A program made the position numbers and the translations under genes. Under the pieces are notes generated by a model that saw only the letters and a list, made by a program, of their open reading frames with translations, was not told where the DNA came from and did not search any database. Shown piece after piece: positions 1 to 10,682 of a stretch of DNA of 42,082 nucleotides. The number at the start of each line of letters is the position of its first letter. Positions within the stretch are counted from its first letter, which is position 1. The DNA comes from Chrysochromulina tobinii. Its lineage: Eukaryota. The stretch covers positions 1 through 42,082 of the forward strand of contig JWZX01002880.1 in assembly GCA_001275005.1 (NCBI GenBank), written 5' to 3'.

Positions 1-451
1 AATGCCATCGAGCGGAACTCCTTGAGGATGGCCATCACCGGCACGTCACAGCACGGCATCTTGACCTTTTTGCCCTCCGTGTCCGTCTGTAGCCCTCTAG
101 CCCATTATGTGCCACAGCATCCGGTTCTTGAGGTTCTGCTGGCCCATCGAGTTCCGCTCGGTAGTCTTGAGGTCGTTCATGAGCGAGAAGATGCGCTCGC
201 ATTCCGATGTGTCAGCGGGGATGAGCAGTGAAATGACAACAAGGCGCAGAACCAGCGCATACTCGTCCGTGTACTGTACGAGCATGTTCGCCCACAGCTG
301 ATGAAAGGTGAGCGTGCGCAGCGTCGGCACGTTGATCGCCGCCTTCAGGTCCTCCCACTGCTCGCGCACCATCTCCTCCGTCTCCTCTTCTGCATAGAAG
401 ATCTTGTAGGTCCCACACAAGCCGCGACATGATCTGCGACGATGCCGACAT
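1..451 (-). pseudogene. hAT transposase (ZNF862-like) C-terminal dimerisation-domain fragment, frameshifted
   Basis: ORF 97..420 contains LVVISLLIPADTSECERIFSLMNDLKTTERNSM, the hAT dimerisation motif. Removing one G near 101 extends the frame as ARGLQTDTEGKKVKMPCCDVPVMAILKEFRSMA to the window edge. An ATG at 451 is out of frame with the domain, and the catalytic core is missing. Confidence 0.8.
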
Positions 452-654
452 CAGAGAGAGGCGGGCAGTCAAAAGACCCGCTTCGTGGGAACTTTGACGC
501 CCAAGACAACTATAAGCGGAACTGAAAAAATGTCCGAGATTGTTGAGGGGATAAAAAGCAACAAAGAATATCCGCACTTGACGACCGTCCGTTATTTTTG
601 GCCCCGATTCGGCGTTTGAACTGTAGATGATGACGGCGGCAACATCTACACCTT

Positions 655-760
655 TCTCAACACCTGTCTCAACACCTGTTTTCCTGTCTCATCACTTGGT
701 GTCTCAACACCTGTTTTGGTGTCTCAACACTTGATACTTAACGCAAAAAAGTGTCTCAAT
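655..760. repeat. Subterminal TGTCTCAACAC repeats of the hAT element
   Basis: Copies at about 655, 665, 685 (variant), 700, 720 and 752 (partial), next to the putative TIR. Confidence 0.8.
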
Positions 761-1002
761 GTTAAACCAACACCCCTGCGTTACTTACGGCTTACCCGGG
801 CGGCCCGGGGGCGCGGGGACTCTCGCTAACCCACTGGATGGGCACAGCATTTGCGGCTGTGCTGCGCGATCACCTAGCCCCATCCGTTTTATCAATAGGA
901 TGTTTAGAAAAAATAGAATCCTTCTAACGCGCGCTTCGACCTCGCCGCCGAGACCCGCTCCGGTGCCTCCTCCGTGACTGTGAACCATATGTAGATGTGT
1001 GG

Positions 1003-1987
1003 CTAGTCGACGTCAGCCATGGCAACGTCCTTCTCGGTGAATTTGCCCTTGCCCTTGTCGGTCTTGGTCTCGCTGTTCTTGCGGTCGAGGATGGCCTTGC
1101 GGTCCTTGTCGAGCTTCAGCTTGGTGATGACGCATTTTGAGGGGTGGATGCCGACCTGCACAGTCGCTCCCGACGCCTTCTCGCGCGTAATCCGCTCAAT
1201 GTGGATGACCCACTTCTTGCGGTAGCACTGGATCACCTGCGGGAGCGAGGAGGACGGGCGAGATGGTGTCAGAAACCACGCAGTCAAAGGGTGCCATGAT
1301 GGCGCCAGCAAGCAATCAGTACCACTCAAGGCGCCGCCGCTTTTCCGTGTCCGCGCAACGCGAGGGCAGCCAGGTCTTCCAACGCTATGGCGTTGGCGCC
1401 CAGAGCCCCGCGTGTGCGAGCACTGCGGCTGCGGGGCGGCGATCGAGGGGCCGAGCTCCGCAAACCGAGTCCCGAAAACCTAAGCCGTCTGAACAACTGC
1501 CGATCAGCCCGCCGCAAGCCAGGGCACGAGCTGCGCGCCGCCGCCACGTTCGGTAAGGGCAGCGAGAGTCACCTTGCCCTCGCGCCCTTTGTACGTTCCC
1601 CGCACAACGTTGACCTCGTCGTCCTTGCGCACCGGCATCGATCGCACATGGTATTTGTTGCGCAGCTCTGATGAGAGCGCAGCACTCATGAGAATGCGGC
1701 GGACAGACGAAGGCGCCTTGAAGTACGCCTTGCGCGACTTGCCGCGGTCCGAAGAGACCGCCTGTGGTGGTCAGGGAAATACACAGCGAGACCCGTGAGC
1801 AAACAGGGAGCTGAAGCCAGGCAGCAGCTAGGCCGCAGCGCCAAGCGAGGGTGCCACGGATGAGGCAGCTAGCGCCGCCTGTGAGGCAGCGCTATCGTGC
1901 GGTCTGCGTTTGCGCCGGCGGCTGCCAGAGTGCGCTCTGAGTCGGTGCGGCGCGGCAGGAGGGAGAGCTCACCGGGTCGAACTTCAT
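1003..1987 (-). CDS. RPL26: 60S ribosomal protein L26 (uL24)
   Basis: Exons 1987-1973 (MKFDP), 1761-1573 ([30 protein letters not shown]...YKGREGK) and 1236-1003 ([34 protein letters not shown]...). Both introns are GT-AG, phase 0. Confidence 0.97.
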
Positions 1988-2408
1988 TCTTCCTGCACGG
2001 ACGAGAGAGAGGCCTCGACCCACGTCGCAGTCCCGAAGGAGTGGGGGGTTGGGGAAAACATCACAAGTCAAGTTCAGACAGACATTCCTCGTTTTCTATA
2101 CCCTTCCCTCAGCCGAGCCCGCCGGTATACATGTATTACACGCTCACGCTCATTGAGGACCGCTGTGAGTGTGCGCCGGCCATCGTCTCGCGCATCGCGG
2201 ACGCGCATGGTCCACATAAGACCACGCAACACGCACGCACGCACACATCAGAATCGTGATGTCATCACACGCGACCCGCCCCACACGACCCCCACACGGC
2301 ACTCGGGCACAAAGGAAACAAGGGGGGCGGATCGCAAGTCTATAAAAGAGAGGCGCAAGCAGCGGCCGACCTTGGGCTCGACACAACCCACCCCAAAACA
2401 AGGGAGGT

Positions 2409-4301
2409 CTACAAGCAGCGAAGCAGCCGTCGCAGCCCGCGCCTCTCCGCGTCAGCGGGCGTGCGCACCGGCGGGATCGAGGGGGGCGGGAGCGGCAGTC
2501 TCAGATGCTGCTCGGGATCCTCCTCGTCGTAGTCCTCCTCCTCGTAGCTGCGCGAGCGCGTGGAGACGGAGGCCTCGCTGCTATTGCTCGGTCTGCAGGA
2601 GCTCAAGCGCGTGCGCGGCTCTGCCTCTGAGCCCTCCGCCTCCACGTCCACGTCCTCGTCCTCGTCCTCGTCCTCGCTCTGGCTGCTACCTGCCTCATCG
2701 TTGGCCACGGCCGGGCTCGCGGCGGGTGACGCCTTCGCGTCGTCGCCCGTCCCGCTGCTTGCCCCTGACGAGGTCACTCGGTGGAAGGCAGCGTAGCCGA
2801 GATGTGGGATGAGGACGTCGACGAGGACATCCTTGGGCACCTTGGCCAGCAGGCTGTCGGGCCGTGCATGCGTCAGAAGCAGCGTCCGCACCGCCGCGCG
2901 GTGCGCCGGAGGGAAGCGATCATGCAGCTCAGGGGCCCAGGTGGGTGCGGGCAAGCTAATCGGAGCTAGCCAGGTGCGTGTTCTCACGCCCCGCGGACTG
3001 GCCGGCTGGAGCGGCGAGGGCGTACCCGCCGGCATGTGGAGCGCCGTCGGCGGCGTCGGACCACGCACAAGCTTGAGCACGAGCTGCTTGCTCGACTCGT
3101 CGGCGACGGGTGTTCCCCAAACCGTATGTGAAGCTCCGAAGCCGTTGGATCGCACGACCATAATGGAAAAGTCGGGTCCGTTAGGCATGGGCGACGGCAT
3201 GCCAGCGAAGGAGCTAGTCGCCGGCAGCAGCGGCGTGAACTGCACATGCATGAGTTCAGTGACGTCGAATTCGGCCTCGTTGACGCGGCGCACGCGCAGC
3301 AGCCGTTGGTTCCCGTCGGCGCCGGCAAACGGGCCAACGAGCACACCACCCATCTCGAGCATCCGGAACAGGATCGCGCCCATCGTCTCGTCCGCGCCGG
3401 CGCCGAGATAGATCCGCTCGAAGCGCATCGACGTATCTGGGCAGAGCGCGAGGCAAGACCCGAGAACGAGCTCGACGTGCGAGCAGTCGACGGCGGCGAG
3501 CTTGGCGCTCGCGTGCTCGATGAGCTCGGGCCGCAGCTCGATCGCGCGGTGAACCGCCTTCTTGCCCAGGATCTGCGACGCGAGCGCGGAGAAGTAGCCC
3601 GTGCCTGAGCACACGTTGAGGAAGCAGTGCCCCTCCCTTAGCTCGAGCGCCTCGAGTGCGCAGCCGTAGATGCCTGGCGCGCTCAGGTGTTGCACGCCGT
3701 TTCGGTACGGATTGTTGCGGAAGCGCGTCTCCTCAGTCTCGTTCGAGGGCAGGTCTATGAAGTGTCCTGAGCGCGCGAGTGGGCCAACGACTCGAGGTGA
3801 GCCGAGGGCTTCGCGTGGCAGCGGCCAGCAACAGACGCGGCGGTGCGAGCGTGGCGCTGACTGACTGAGCGGAGCCGAGGGCGCGCAGCTTACCGCGATC
3901 GACCTGGGAGAAGGCGGCGATGACTTCGGGCGACCAGATGGAGCCGTGGCGCGTCAGGCTGGCGACCATCTCTTCATTGTTGGTCGGCGGACCGTAGTGT
4001 AGCTGCGTGGCACGAGCATCAGAGCGTGGTGTCGTGAGCGTGGTGCTAGCCGCGCGGTCAGCGTGGAGCAGTGAGTTGTCTGGCGAGCGGCTGTCAGGCG
4101 AGCGTGCGAGGCGTACGCAGGCCGCTGAGTCACGCCGGTGAGGCAACCTGGCACGTGGGTGGATGAGGGCTCCAGCCAGCACGCGAACCACACGTCCGTG
4201 GAAGCGGCGCAATGTGCCTCTTCACGGGTCAGGGTATGAGTGCAGCAGCCTTGGCTGGTGCGAGTGCGCGCGCGCACCGTGGCCATCAGTCGTCTCAGCA
4301 T
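2409..4301 (-). CDS. Protein-L-isoaspartate O-methyltransferase domain-containing protein (PCMTD-like)
   Basis: Exons 4301-4278, 4002-3894 and 3766-2409 splice in frame. Motifs: NNEEMVASL..VIAAFSQVDRGHF, HLSAPGIYGCALEALEL, FLNVCSGTGYFS, FERIYLGAG, GGVLVGP. Confidence 0.88.
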
Positions 4302-4517
4302 GCGCGCGGGAGGACGGACGGATACTCCATCGCAATTTCGGCGTCGTCAATTGCATCTCCCGCCAAACAAGCGGCCCGATCGGCGATGTTGACCCCGTAG
4401 TTCCCGGTAAGATGATGTGTTTGTATGCCCCTAACGGTAACGTGTTCCCGTCAGGAACATTCGAGGCCCCAAACCATCGCCTTGAGGAGAGGCAAGGGGC
4501 GGGAGAGACGAGAGCAC

Positions 4518-6590
4518 ATGCAGTCCGCTGCATTGGCCCACCACGCCTCCATCACCACGGCGATCGTGCGCGCGCGCGACCGCGCACTCGCGCTGCACTC
4601 GAAGCGCAAGAAGATCCTCGACGAGGACGAGTATGTCGATGAGTTGGAGCGTATCATCCGCCGCGACTTCTTTCCCGACCTGGAGCGGCTTGACGCGCAG
4701 GCGGCACTGCTCGACGCGCTCGAAGCGGGCGACCAGGCTGCGGCCGGCAGGGCACTGGCCAAGCTCGTACCTGCGGTCGCTGCTTCGGCGCCCAACCGCC
4801 TTGCACGCGGCGTCTCGTCATGGTCGCCAGCCTCATTGGCCACCGGTTGGGAGGCGGCCACTCCCGCACTAGGCGCGGGCCACGGCGCCGCGACACCGCT
4901 GCCGGCCAGCGCCTCGTCGTCGGCGCCGCTTCTGTCTGCCGCCAGCGCGCCGCCCGCCGCCGCCGCCGCAGCAGGCCTCGACGCCTTCCTCGCCAAGCAC
5001 ACAAGCGAGGACAACGCCTCGTTTGCCGTTGTGCTCGCCAAGGACCAAGCGGAGCGTAAGCGCAGGTTCTGGTGGGCGCAGGACGTGGGCGAAGGTGGCC
5101 AGCCTCTGAAGCGCCACGCGTGCCTGCATGGGCCGGCCGAGGAGACCCAGCCGCTCGCGCTGCCCCAGCCGGCGCCGCGCCCTCTCGAGACGCTGTTGCT
5201 CACGATTGCGGACCCCACCGCTGCTTCCAAATCGGGCGCCCGCGTTGCTGCGGCTGCGGGCAGCGGCGGCAGTAGTAGCGGCGGAGCGCTGATGGGGCCT
5301 CCGCGAGACGGGGGCGCCCTGCCCGGGACGCTCGCCACGACGCTCGCCACCCCAGACGCCGTCACCGCGCCACCCGTCGTCTCTTACGAGCCGTGTGCCG
5401 CCAGATCCATGGCCGTCGCCGCCACCACCGGCGCCGCCACCACCGTGGCCGCCGCCACCGCCGCCGCCGCCGCCCCTGCTTCCTCGACGGCGCTGGCCTT
5501 GTGCGACCATGCCGAGGCCCCGCGCCCGTGGCACAAGCAAGGATCGCTTCAGCGTGACGTGCGACCCAGCCGACTGACGTACCACCCGTTCACGAACCAG
5601 AATGGTCTGTTCTTCGAGCCCCAGCCGCCCGCCACACAGGCACCCTTTGCGCCGGGGCCCGCGCCGACGATCGTGCACAGCGCGACGCGCTTCTCAGGCG
5701 TCGAGCCGGCGGCCCTACCGGCCGCGCCGCATGCATTAGACGCAGCCGTTGGCGTCGACCTGATCGCGACGCTCTCATCAGCGGCGGCGGCGGCGGCGGC
5801 CGTTGAGCGCGCCAGTACGGACGGGCTTCGAGGGTATAGCCTGGTGATGACACCCCTCTCGGTCAGCGGCGCGCTCGCGCCAGACGTTTCGCCGAGGATG
5901 AGCTGGGGGCAAATCTTCGGCACCTCCACCGGGCTGCCTCAGGACCCGAACGCGCCAGACGCCCGTGCGACGGGCGTAGCGGCGGCTCTCCCACCGTTCA
6001 AGGTGGCCCCGCTACCCGCTCGCGACGTGAAGCTGCATCAGATGGCCAACGACGCCGGCCGCCGGCTGCGCGCCCGCACGCCCGGGGCGGTGCTACCCGG
6101 GGCGGGAGCCCTCCCTGGCGGTTTGGCAGCTGTCGGCGCCAGCACAAGCAGCCCGGTGCTCAGCGCGGCGCGACGAGCCCGCGGCGGCGCCGGCGGCAGC
6201 ACAAGCAGCATGGGCGGCGCGGCCGGGGCGCGGCCTACTACGGGCCTCTCAGAGGCGGCCCTCAAGATGGCCAAGTCGCTCACGCGTCTCACGGGTACGG
6301 CCGCCGCCGCCGACTCCGCCCTCCGTGCGTCGTACCTCGAGCCCACGCCGCGGCCGACGCCGCGGCCGACGCCGCGGCCGACGCCGCGGCCGACGCCGAG
6401 TGGCACGCTGCAGGGCACGCCAGCGCCACGGGGCGGGACGGGCAGTGCTGGCGCCGCGCCCATACGGCCCTCGCCTCTGCTGCTGCGGGGCACGGTGTCG
6501 GCGCAGTCCGGCGGCGGCGCAAACGGCGCACCGAGTGGGAGCCTTACCGATGACCTGCTGAACTTCCTCAAGGCAGGCTCGCGCTGTTGA
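4518..6590 (+). CDS. ESS2: Splicing factor ESS2/DGCR14 (nuclear protein Es2) homolog
   Basis: KILDEDEYVDELERIIRRDFFPDL, LDAFLAKHTSEDNASF, NGLFF, SPRMSWGQI and ALRASY motifs. First ATG at 4518. PTPR x4 repeat near 6345-6398. Confidence 0.9.
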   Translation: MQSAALAHHASITTAIVRARDRALALHSKRKKILDEDEYVDELERIIRRDFFPDLERLDAQAALLDALEAGDQAAAGRALAKLVPAVAASAPNRLARGVSSWSPASLATGWEAATPALGAGHGAATPLPASASSSAPLLSAASAPPAAAAAAGLDAFLAKHTSEDNASFAVVLAKDQAERKRRFWWAQDVGEGGQPLKRHACLHGPAEETQPLALPQPAPRPLETLLLTIADPTAASKSGARVAAAAGSGGSSSGGALMGPPRDGGALPGTLATTLATPDAVTAPPVVSYEPCAARSMAVAATTGAATTVAAATAAAAAPASSTALALCDHAEAPRPWHKQGSLQRDVRPSRLTYHPFTNQNGLFFEPQPPATQAPFAPGPAPTIVHSATRFSGVEPAALPAAPHALDAAVGVDLIATLSSAAAAAAAVERASTDGLRGYSLVMTPLSVSGALAPDVSPRMSWGQIFGTSTGLPQDPNAPDARATGVAAALPPFKVAPLPARDVKLHQMANDAGRRLRARTPGAVLPGAGALPGGLAAVGASTSSPVLSAARRARGGAGGSTSSMGGAAGARPTTGLSEAALKMAKSLTRLTGTAAAADSALRASYLEPTPRPTPRPTPRPTPRPTPSGTLQGTPAPRGGTGSAGAAPIRPSPLLLRGTVSAQSGGGANGAPSGSLTDDLLNFLKAGSRC

Positions 6591-6774
6591 AGAGTGTGCC
6601 TCAGTCCGCAAGAATTACGGGTTCCGTCAAAAATGCTTCGTTCACGAACTTACGAGAAAGTCAACGGCCAATCTGACGTGAAACTCTGAAAAGTCGAGGC
6701 CGAAAAGCCCGCGCCAAGCAAAAAACATCGGTCCCATCCAGCCATCCGTCCTTCCTTTCACGCGTTTCTCGGCG

Positions 6775-7569
6775 ATGGGCGCGGCGTCATGCGTATTGGC
6801 GGAGCTCGACATGAGCGGGAGCAAGCTGGCGGCCGACGACTGCCTCGCGCTCGCCAATGCCCGGCAACTCCACACCCTCGACCTAAGCGGCACCGCCGTC
6901 GCTGAGTCGGCCGCGTCCCTCGAGGCGAATCAATCGATGTACGAAATCTATCCCGCATTGCCAGACGTCCTCAGACTGTTCCCCGATTGCTGCCCCGATA
7001 GCGACACCTTCGCCGTCGCTCTAGTGAGCCGTGCAAGCCGCAACTCAATCCATGAGCTTCATGGCGTGCGTTTCAAGACTCCACTCTCAGCCTGCGTGGT
7101 CTCTATTCCGCGGCTGGCATGGGCTCGACAATGCGGACTACGGGCCACAGACATTGAGTGCCTCGTAGCCGCTGCACACACGGGGGTCATCAAGGTGTGC
7201 CAAGCCCTGCTCACACCTGAGCTGAAGGAGCGGATCTCGATCCTGTACGCGCAGAGTCGCCCGCCGGCCGAGGTGATCCGTGCTGCTGCGACAGGCGGTC
7301 ACGTGCACGTCATCGAGTGGGCACGTGCCCAAGGGCTAGGATGGGATGCTAGTTGCACCGCGGCAGCGGCCTTTGCGGGCAATCTCGAGATGCTGCAGTG
7401 GCTGCGCGCGCACTGCTGTCCGTGGGACAAGAACTGCACCGCTCGCGCCGCTGTGGAAGGACACACCGCAGTGCTCCGCTGGGCAAAAGACAATGGGTGC
7501 GAATACAGCGAGGAGACCGTACTACGCATGAAGATGGCCAAGGCTGCGGCCATGTGGCGATTCATGTAA
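6775..7569 (+). CDS. Ankyrin-like repeat protein (CPWD/GHLE-type repeats) with a short LRR-like N-terminus
   Basis: Repeats AAATGGHVHVIEWARAQGLGWD, AAAFAGNLEMLQWLRAHCCPWD and AAVEGHTAVLRWAKDNGC; N-terminal LHTLDLSGT. Confidence 0.8.
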   Translation: MGAASCVLAELDMSGSKLAADDCLALANARQLHTLDLSGTAVAESAASLEANQSMYEIYPALPDVLRLFPDCCPDSDTFAVALVSRASRNSIHELHGVRFKTPLSACVVSIPRLAWARQCGLRATDIECLVAAAHTGVIKVCQALLTPELKERISILYAQSRPPAEVIRAAATGGHVHVIEWARAQGLGWDASCTAAAAFAGNLEMLQWLRAHCCPWDKNCTARAAVEGHTAVLRWAKDNGCEYSEETVLRMKMAKAAAMWRFM

Positions 7570-7933
7570 ACTTCTGACTATTGTTTTGGAGACTCCACTG
7601 TGTGAGCTTGTGACGCGTCGGTGGCCGGCTGGGCGTGTGGGCGGAAGGTTGTGATACCTCACGCGCGAGCCTGTATGACTCGGATGTGTGCAGATGGACT
7701 GGTTTCTGGCTCGGCTGGGTGTCGTGTGACCCATAGTATAGCCGCCTGCCTTACACAAACGGCTGCCGATCACGTCACCCGCTTCCCCCCCCCGCCGCGC
7801 CCGCGCCCGCTCCACTACCACTTGATACCGCATGGGGCCTATAAACCGCCCCCATTTGAGCTCTCCGGCTCTCGTCGCATCTCCCCAGAGCCGAGCCCAG
7901 CGCCAGGGCGCCCCCCGACACTTGCAGCGATAT

Positions 7934-8293
7934 CTATACATATGACTTAGCAACCGCGAAAACAATGGGACGGACCCCGGGTTTTCCGGTTCAACCGGAT
8001 GTCGGTTGTCGCCCAGACGAGAGGCGGGTGGGTACGTGGGTTGACGCCCGGATGGGCGGATGGGCCGGGTCAAGTCATCACTTGTCGTTGTGTAAGTTGT
8101 ACTGTATGACCCGGTTTGGCGTGGGATGAGCCGGCCTGCCCGGGACGACCTAGCCACCGGGATAGAACGGCGGGACAACCCACACCCCCACCCGGGTCAA
8201 CCCACCGGACCCGCACCCGGGACCGAACCCGGAAAACCCCAGTCCGTCCCATATGGGTGGTCGTTTCTTGGTTCTGCTAAGTTGTATGTGGAG
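7934..8293. mobile_element. MITE-like non-autonomous element with long imperfect terminal inverted repeats
   Basis: Left CTATACATATGACTTAGCAACC...ATGGGACGGACCCCGGGTTTTCCGGTTC matches the reverse complement of the right end CTCCACATACAACTTAGCAGAACC...ATGGGACGGACTGGGGTTTTCCGGGTTC. The interior is non-coding. Confidence 0.6.
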
Positions 8294-8538
8294 TTCTGGA
8301 CACGCAGCTGTGGAGTTGCAACAACCCAGATAACCCCTTGGCCGCACACCCCTTTGACGGCTGGCGGCCACCGTCGCGTCGCGCGCACTCACACTTTTTC
8401 GTTATGCTGCAGGCGACCTCATGTGTCTTTACCCCGGCGCGCACCGACAAGGACCATCCCGTATCACACTGCCCCCCACGGATGATCCCCCTCCCATGGT
8501 CAAGGGAAGGTGGGGCTCGACCAACCGCACTTAACGCA

Positions 8539-9483
8539 TCACGCCGTGCGGACAAAGCCACCGCCCTTGACGGCCTGCCACTCCTGTGAGCACTCGATGG
8601 GCGTCTGCACATTCGCTTGGTCTGCCGTGCACTCATGCAGGAGGGGTTCAGCCGTGGACTGCAGCACATCGTATAGGTTGGGCGTCACGGACTCGGGAGA
8701 AGCGCGGGTTTTCTTCTTGGCTTTGGCTGCCTCGGGCGCACGCGCGACGCTTCTTGTCCCCGCCGGCGCCTCCTGCTCCGCAGCTGGCTGTGGCACTGAC
8801 GGGTGGGGCTTGGTCGAGCTGGCCACGTGTGGCGCCTGGGCCGGCGCAACAGGGCGCAGAGAGGTGTGCCTCGATGCTACCGGCTGCTCGGCGACCGATG
8901 GCAGGGAGCGCGGCGCTCCAGGGGGCTTTCTCCTGCGTGGGATCGTCATATCCCACGAATTGTCGACCTCCTTCACCGTTGCCTGTCTTGGCAGGGCGTC
9001 CGGTGGCAGTGCGATGTGCTTGCTGAACCTGTGCCCTTGCGCTGGCCTCCCCAAGGACACAATCGCCAGGTTACCGTCGTCGAGGACCCAGGCATCTTCA
9101 CCGTCGTCCTCCAAGGCGATCCATCCGCTGTGCGAAGGTGGCCCGCCTCGAAACACAGTTCCCGCTGGGAGCACTCCAAGGAGGCACCTGCCATGTGGAG
9201 ACCCGTAGACGCGGGCTTGGCATTTTGATACGTATTCGTAGGTGGTAGCCGGCTCGACGAGCGACCCGACGACGACCAGTGAACATTGGTCCAGCGCGCT
9301 GCCTTTGACTTCACCGAGCTCAAAGCCCGACGGTGCGGAGACGGTGATGGTGTAGGAATATTCGTGCGTAAGCACCTTGACGATCGGGTCGATGCGCTCG
9401 GAACGCGTTGCGAGAGGAATCCGCATCGGCTGCGAATACTCGGCGAAGGGGTGCGCGTCCCACGGAGAGGCGAACATGATCAC
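8539..9483 (-). CDS. Small heat-shock (alpha-crystallin-domain-like) protein with an internal SH3b-like insert and a disordered C-terminus
   Basis: PIVKVLTHEYSYTITVSAPSG..LVVVGS and RFSKHIALPPDA..ATVKEVDNSWDMTIPRR match the two halves of the HSP20 pattern. Intronless 314-aa ORF. Confidence 0.6.
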   Translation of the reverse strand: MIMFASPWDAHPFAEYSQPMRIPLATRSERIDPIVKVLTHEYSYTITVSAPSGFELGEVKGSALDQCSLVVVGSLVEPATTYEYVSKCQARVYGSPHGRCLLGVLPAGTVFRGGPPSHSGWIALEDDGEDAWVLDDGNLAIVSLGRPAQGHRFSKHIALPPDALPRQATVKEVDNSWDMTIPRRRKPPGAPRSLPSVAEQPVASRHTSLRPVAPAQAPHVASSTKPHPSVPQPAAEQEAPAGTRSVARAPEAAKAKKKTRASPESVTPNLYDVLQSTAEPLLHECTADQANVQTPIECSQEWQAVKGGGFVRTA

Positions 9484-9827
9484 GATGCTCAGGTGTCGCG
9501 AGTGCGCTTTCTTTTTCGTCGTCTGGACGTCTCAATCGCCGAAGCGGCGCTCGCGTTTCCACGAAATCTTGGATCGCTCGCGCGGAGTTAATTAAATACG
9601 CCACGAAAGTGATGCGGCCCCCGACCCCCCCCACAAGATGGCCCCGCGAGCCGCGACCCCCGGAGTTGCATGCGTTTCACGCCAAGAGGCCAAGTTCACT
9701 TTCAAACAGTACATGTAAGACAGCAGGAATTCAGTTGGTGATGGGTACATGTACTGGTAAGCAGACTCACAGACAACCATGGGCCCGAGCCTGTTCACGT
9801 CAAGGCAAGTCTGTTCACGGCTTCGCG

Positions 9828-10221
9828 ATGGCGAGCTTCGGCGGCGCTTTGCCTCTTCGAGGCGAGCCGTCTTCGGGCATGCCAGGGGGCGTGCCAGTGT
9901 TCAATCCAACAGACAGTGCGCACGCTCTCCTTTCGTCCGCCCATAACGACTACCTTGCCCCGCACGCCTGCTCCCACTCAACACTCGGGGCTTGCATGTG
10001 CCCGTGAATGCGAGCAGTGGACATCGATGTCGAAGACGGCATCATCGAGCACGATGCGCCGCAGGAGAGGACCGATGCAGACTTTTTCAACGGTGGGCTA
10101 ACTGCCCACACCGAGCACCGAACGCCTCAGCAACCGCGGCGACCTCCTCTTGATCCCGCTCATCCCCTCAATCCTGCACGCAGATTTTGGTGACGATTTT
10201 GATGACGAGGACCTCGACTGA
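9828..10221 (+). CDS. COPS9: COP9 signalosome subunit 9 (CSNAP/MYEOV2)-like acidic microprotein, 66 aa
   Basis: Exons 9828-9915, 10018-10092 and 10184-10221 (GT-AG) give MASFGG...PTDMDIDVEDGIIEHDAPQERTDADFFNDFGDDFDDEDLD*. The C-terminus matches the CSNAP ADFFNDFxDxFDDxD tail. Confidence 0.85.
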
Positions 10222-10682
10222 GCGCACGTATGTGCTCGACGACCTGGCCCGCTGAATAAGATAGACTACGCATCAGGCCGGCGCAACCATGCCTTGGGCG
10301 TCACGTTGCGCTGCGCCTGAGTCCTGTGCGGCACCCCGGTAGCCTGTGTGAGACAGCGCCATTGCGGTCGAGACGCGTCGTATTCCCTGAGCGAAAAAGC
10401 AGACCCTTTGAGCTATTTGAGCCCTAATTTTCACCATCCAAGCCACACCCCGTCCACGGTCCACGCGCGCGCGGACTGTATGGCGGAGTCCGGAGTCTGC
10501 TGTCTGGTGTCTCGCGATGATCTGGCATCTCGTCCGCGAGACCCGCGAGCCTGAGCGCGACACCCGGCGGTGGACATCGCGAGCTGTGAGACGTGCGGGC
10601 GCGGCCTGTGCACCTCTCTCGCTCCTCTCGCGTTTCGCGTCTCGTCGTGCCCGGCACCATGTGCCCTATGATTCATCAGATA

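Larger units (their letters stand above)
1..778 (-). mobile_element. Defective, internally deleted hAT-family DNA transposon; one end lies in the window, the other is left of position 1
   Basis: The minus-strand end reads CAGGGGTGTTGG from 778, a hAT-like TIR start. About six subterminal (TG)TCTCAACAC-type repeats lie at 655-760, and a transposase C-terminal fragment follows downstream. Confidence 0.75.

Noticed and set aside
1237..1972. Possible snoRNAs in the RPL26 introns
   Set aside because: No convincing box C (RTGATGA)/box D pair or H/ACA hairpins seen on the sense strand.
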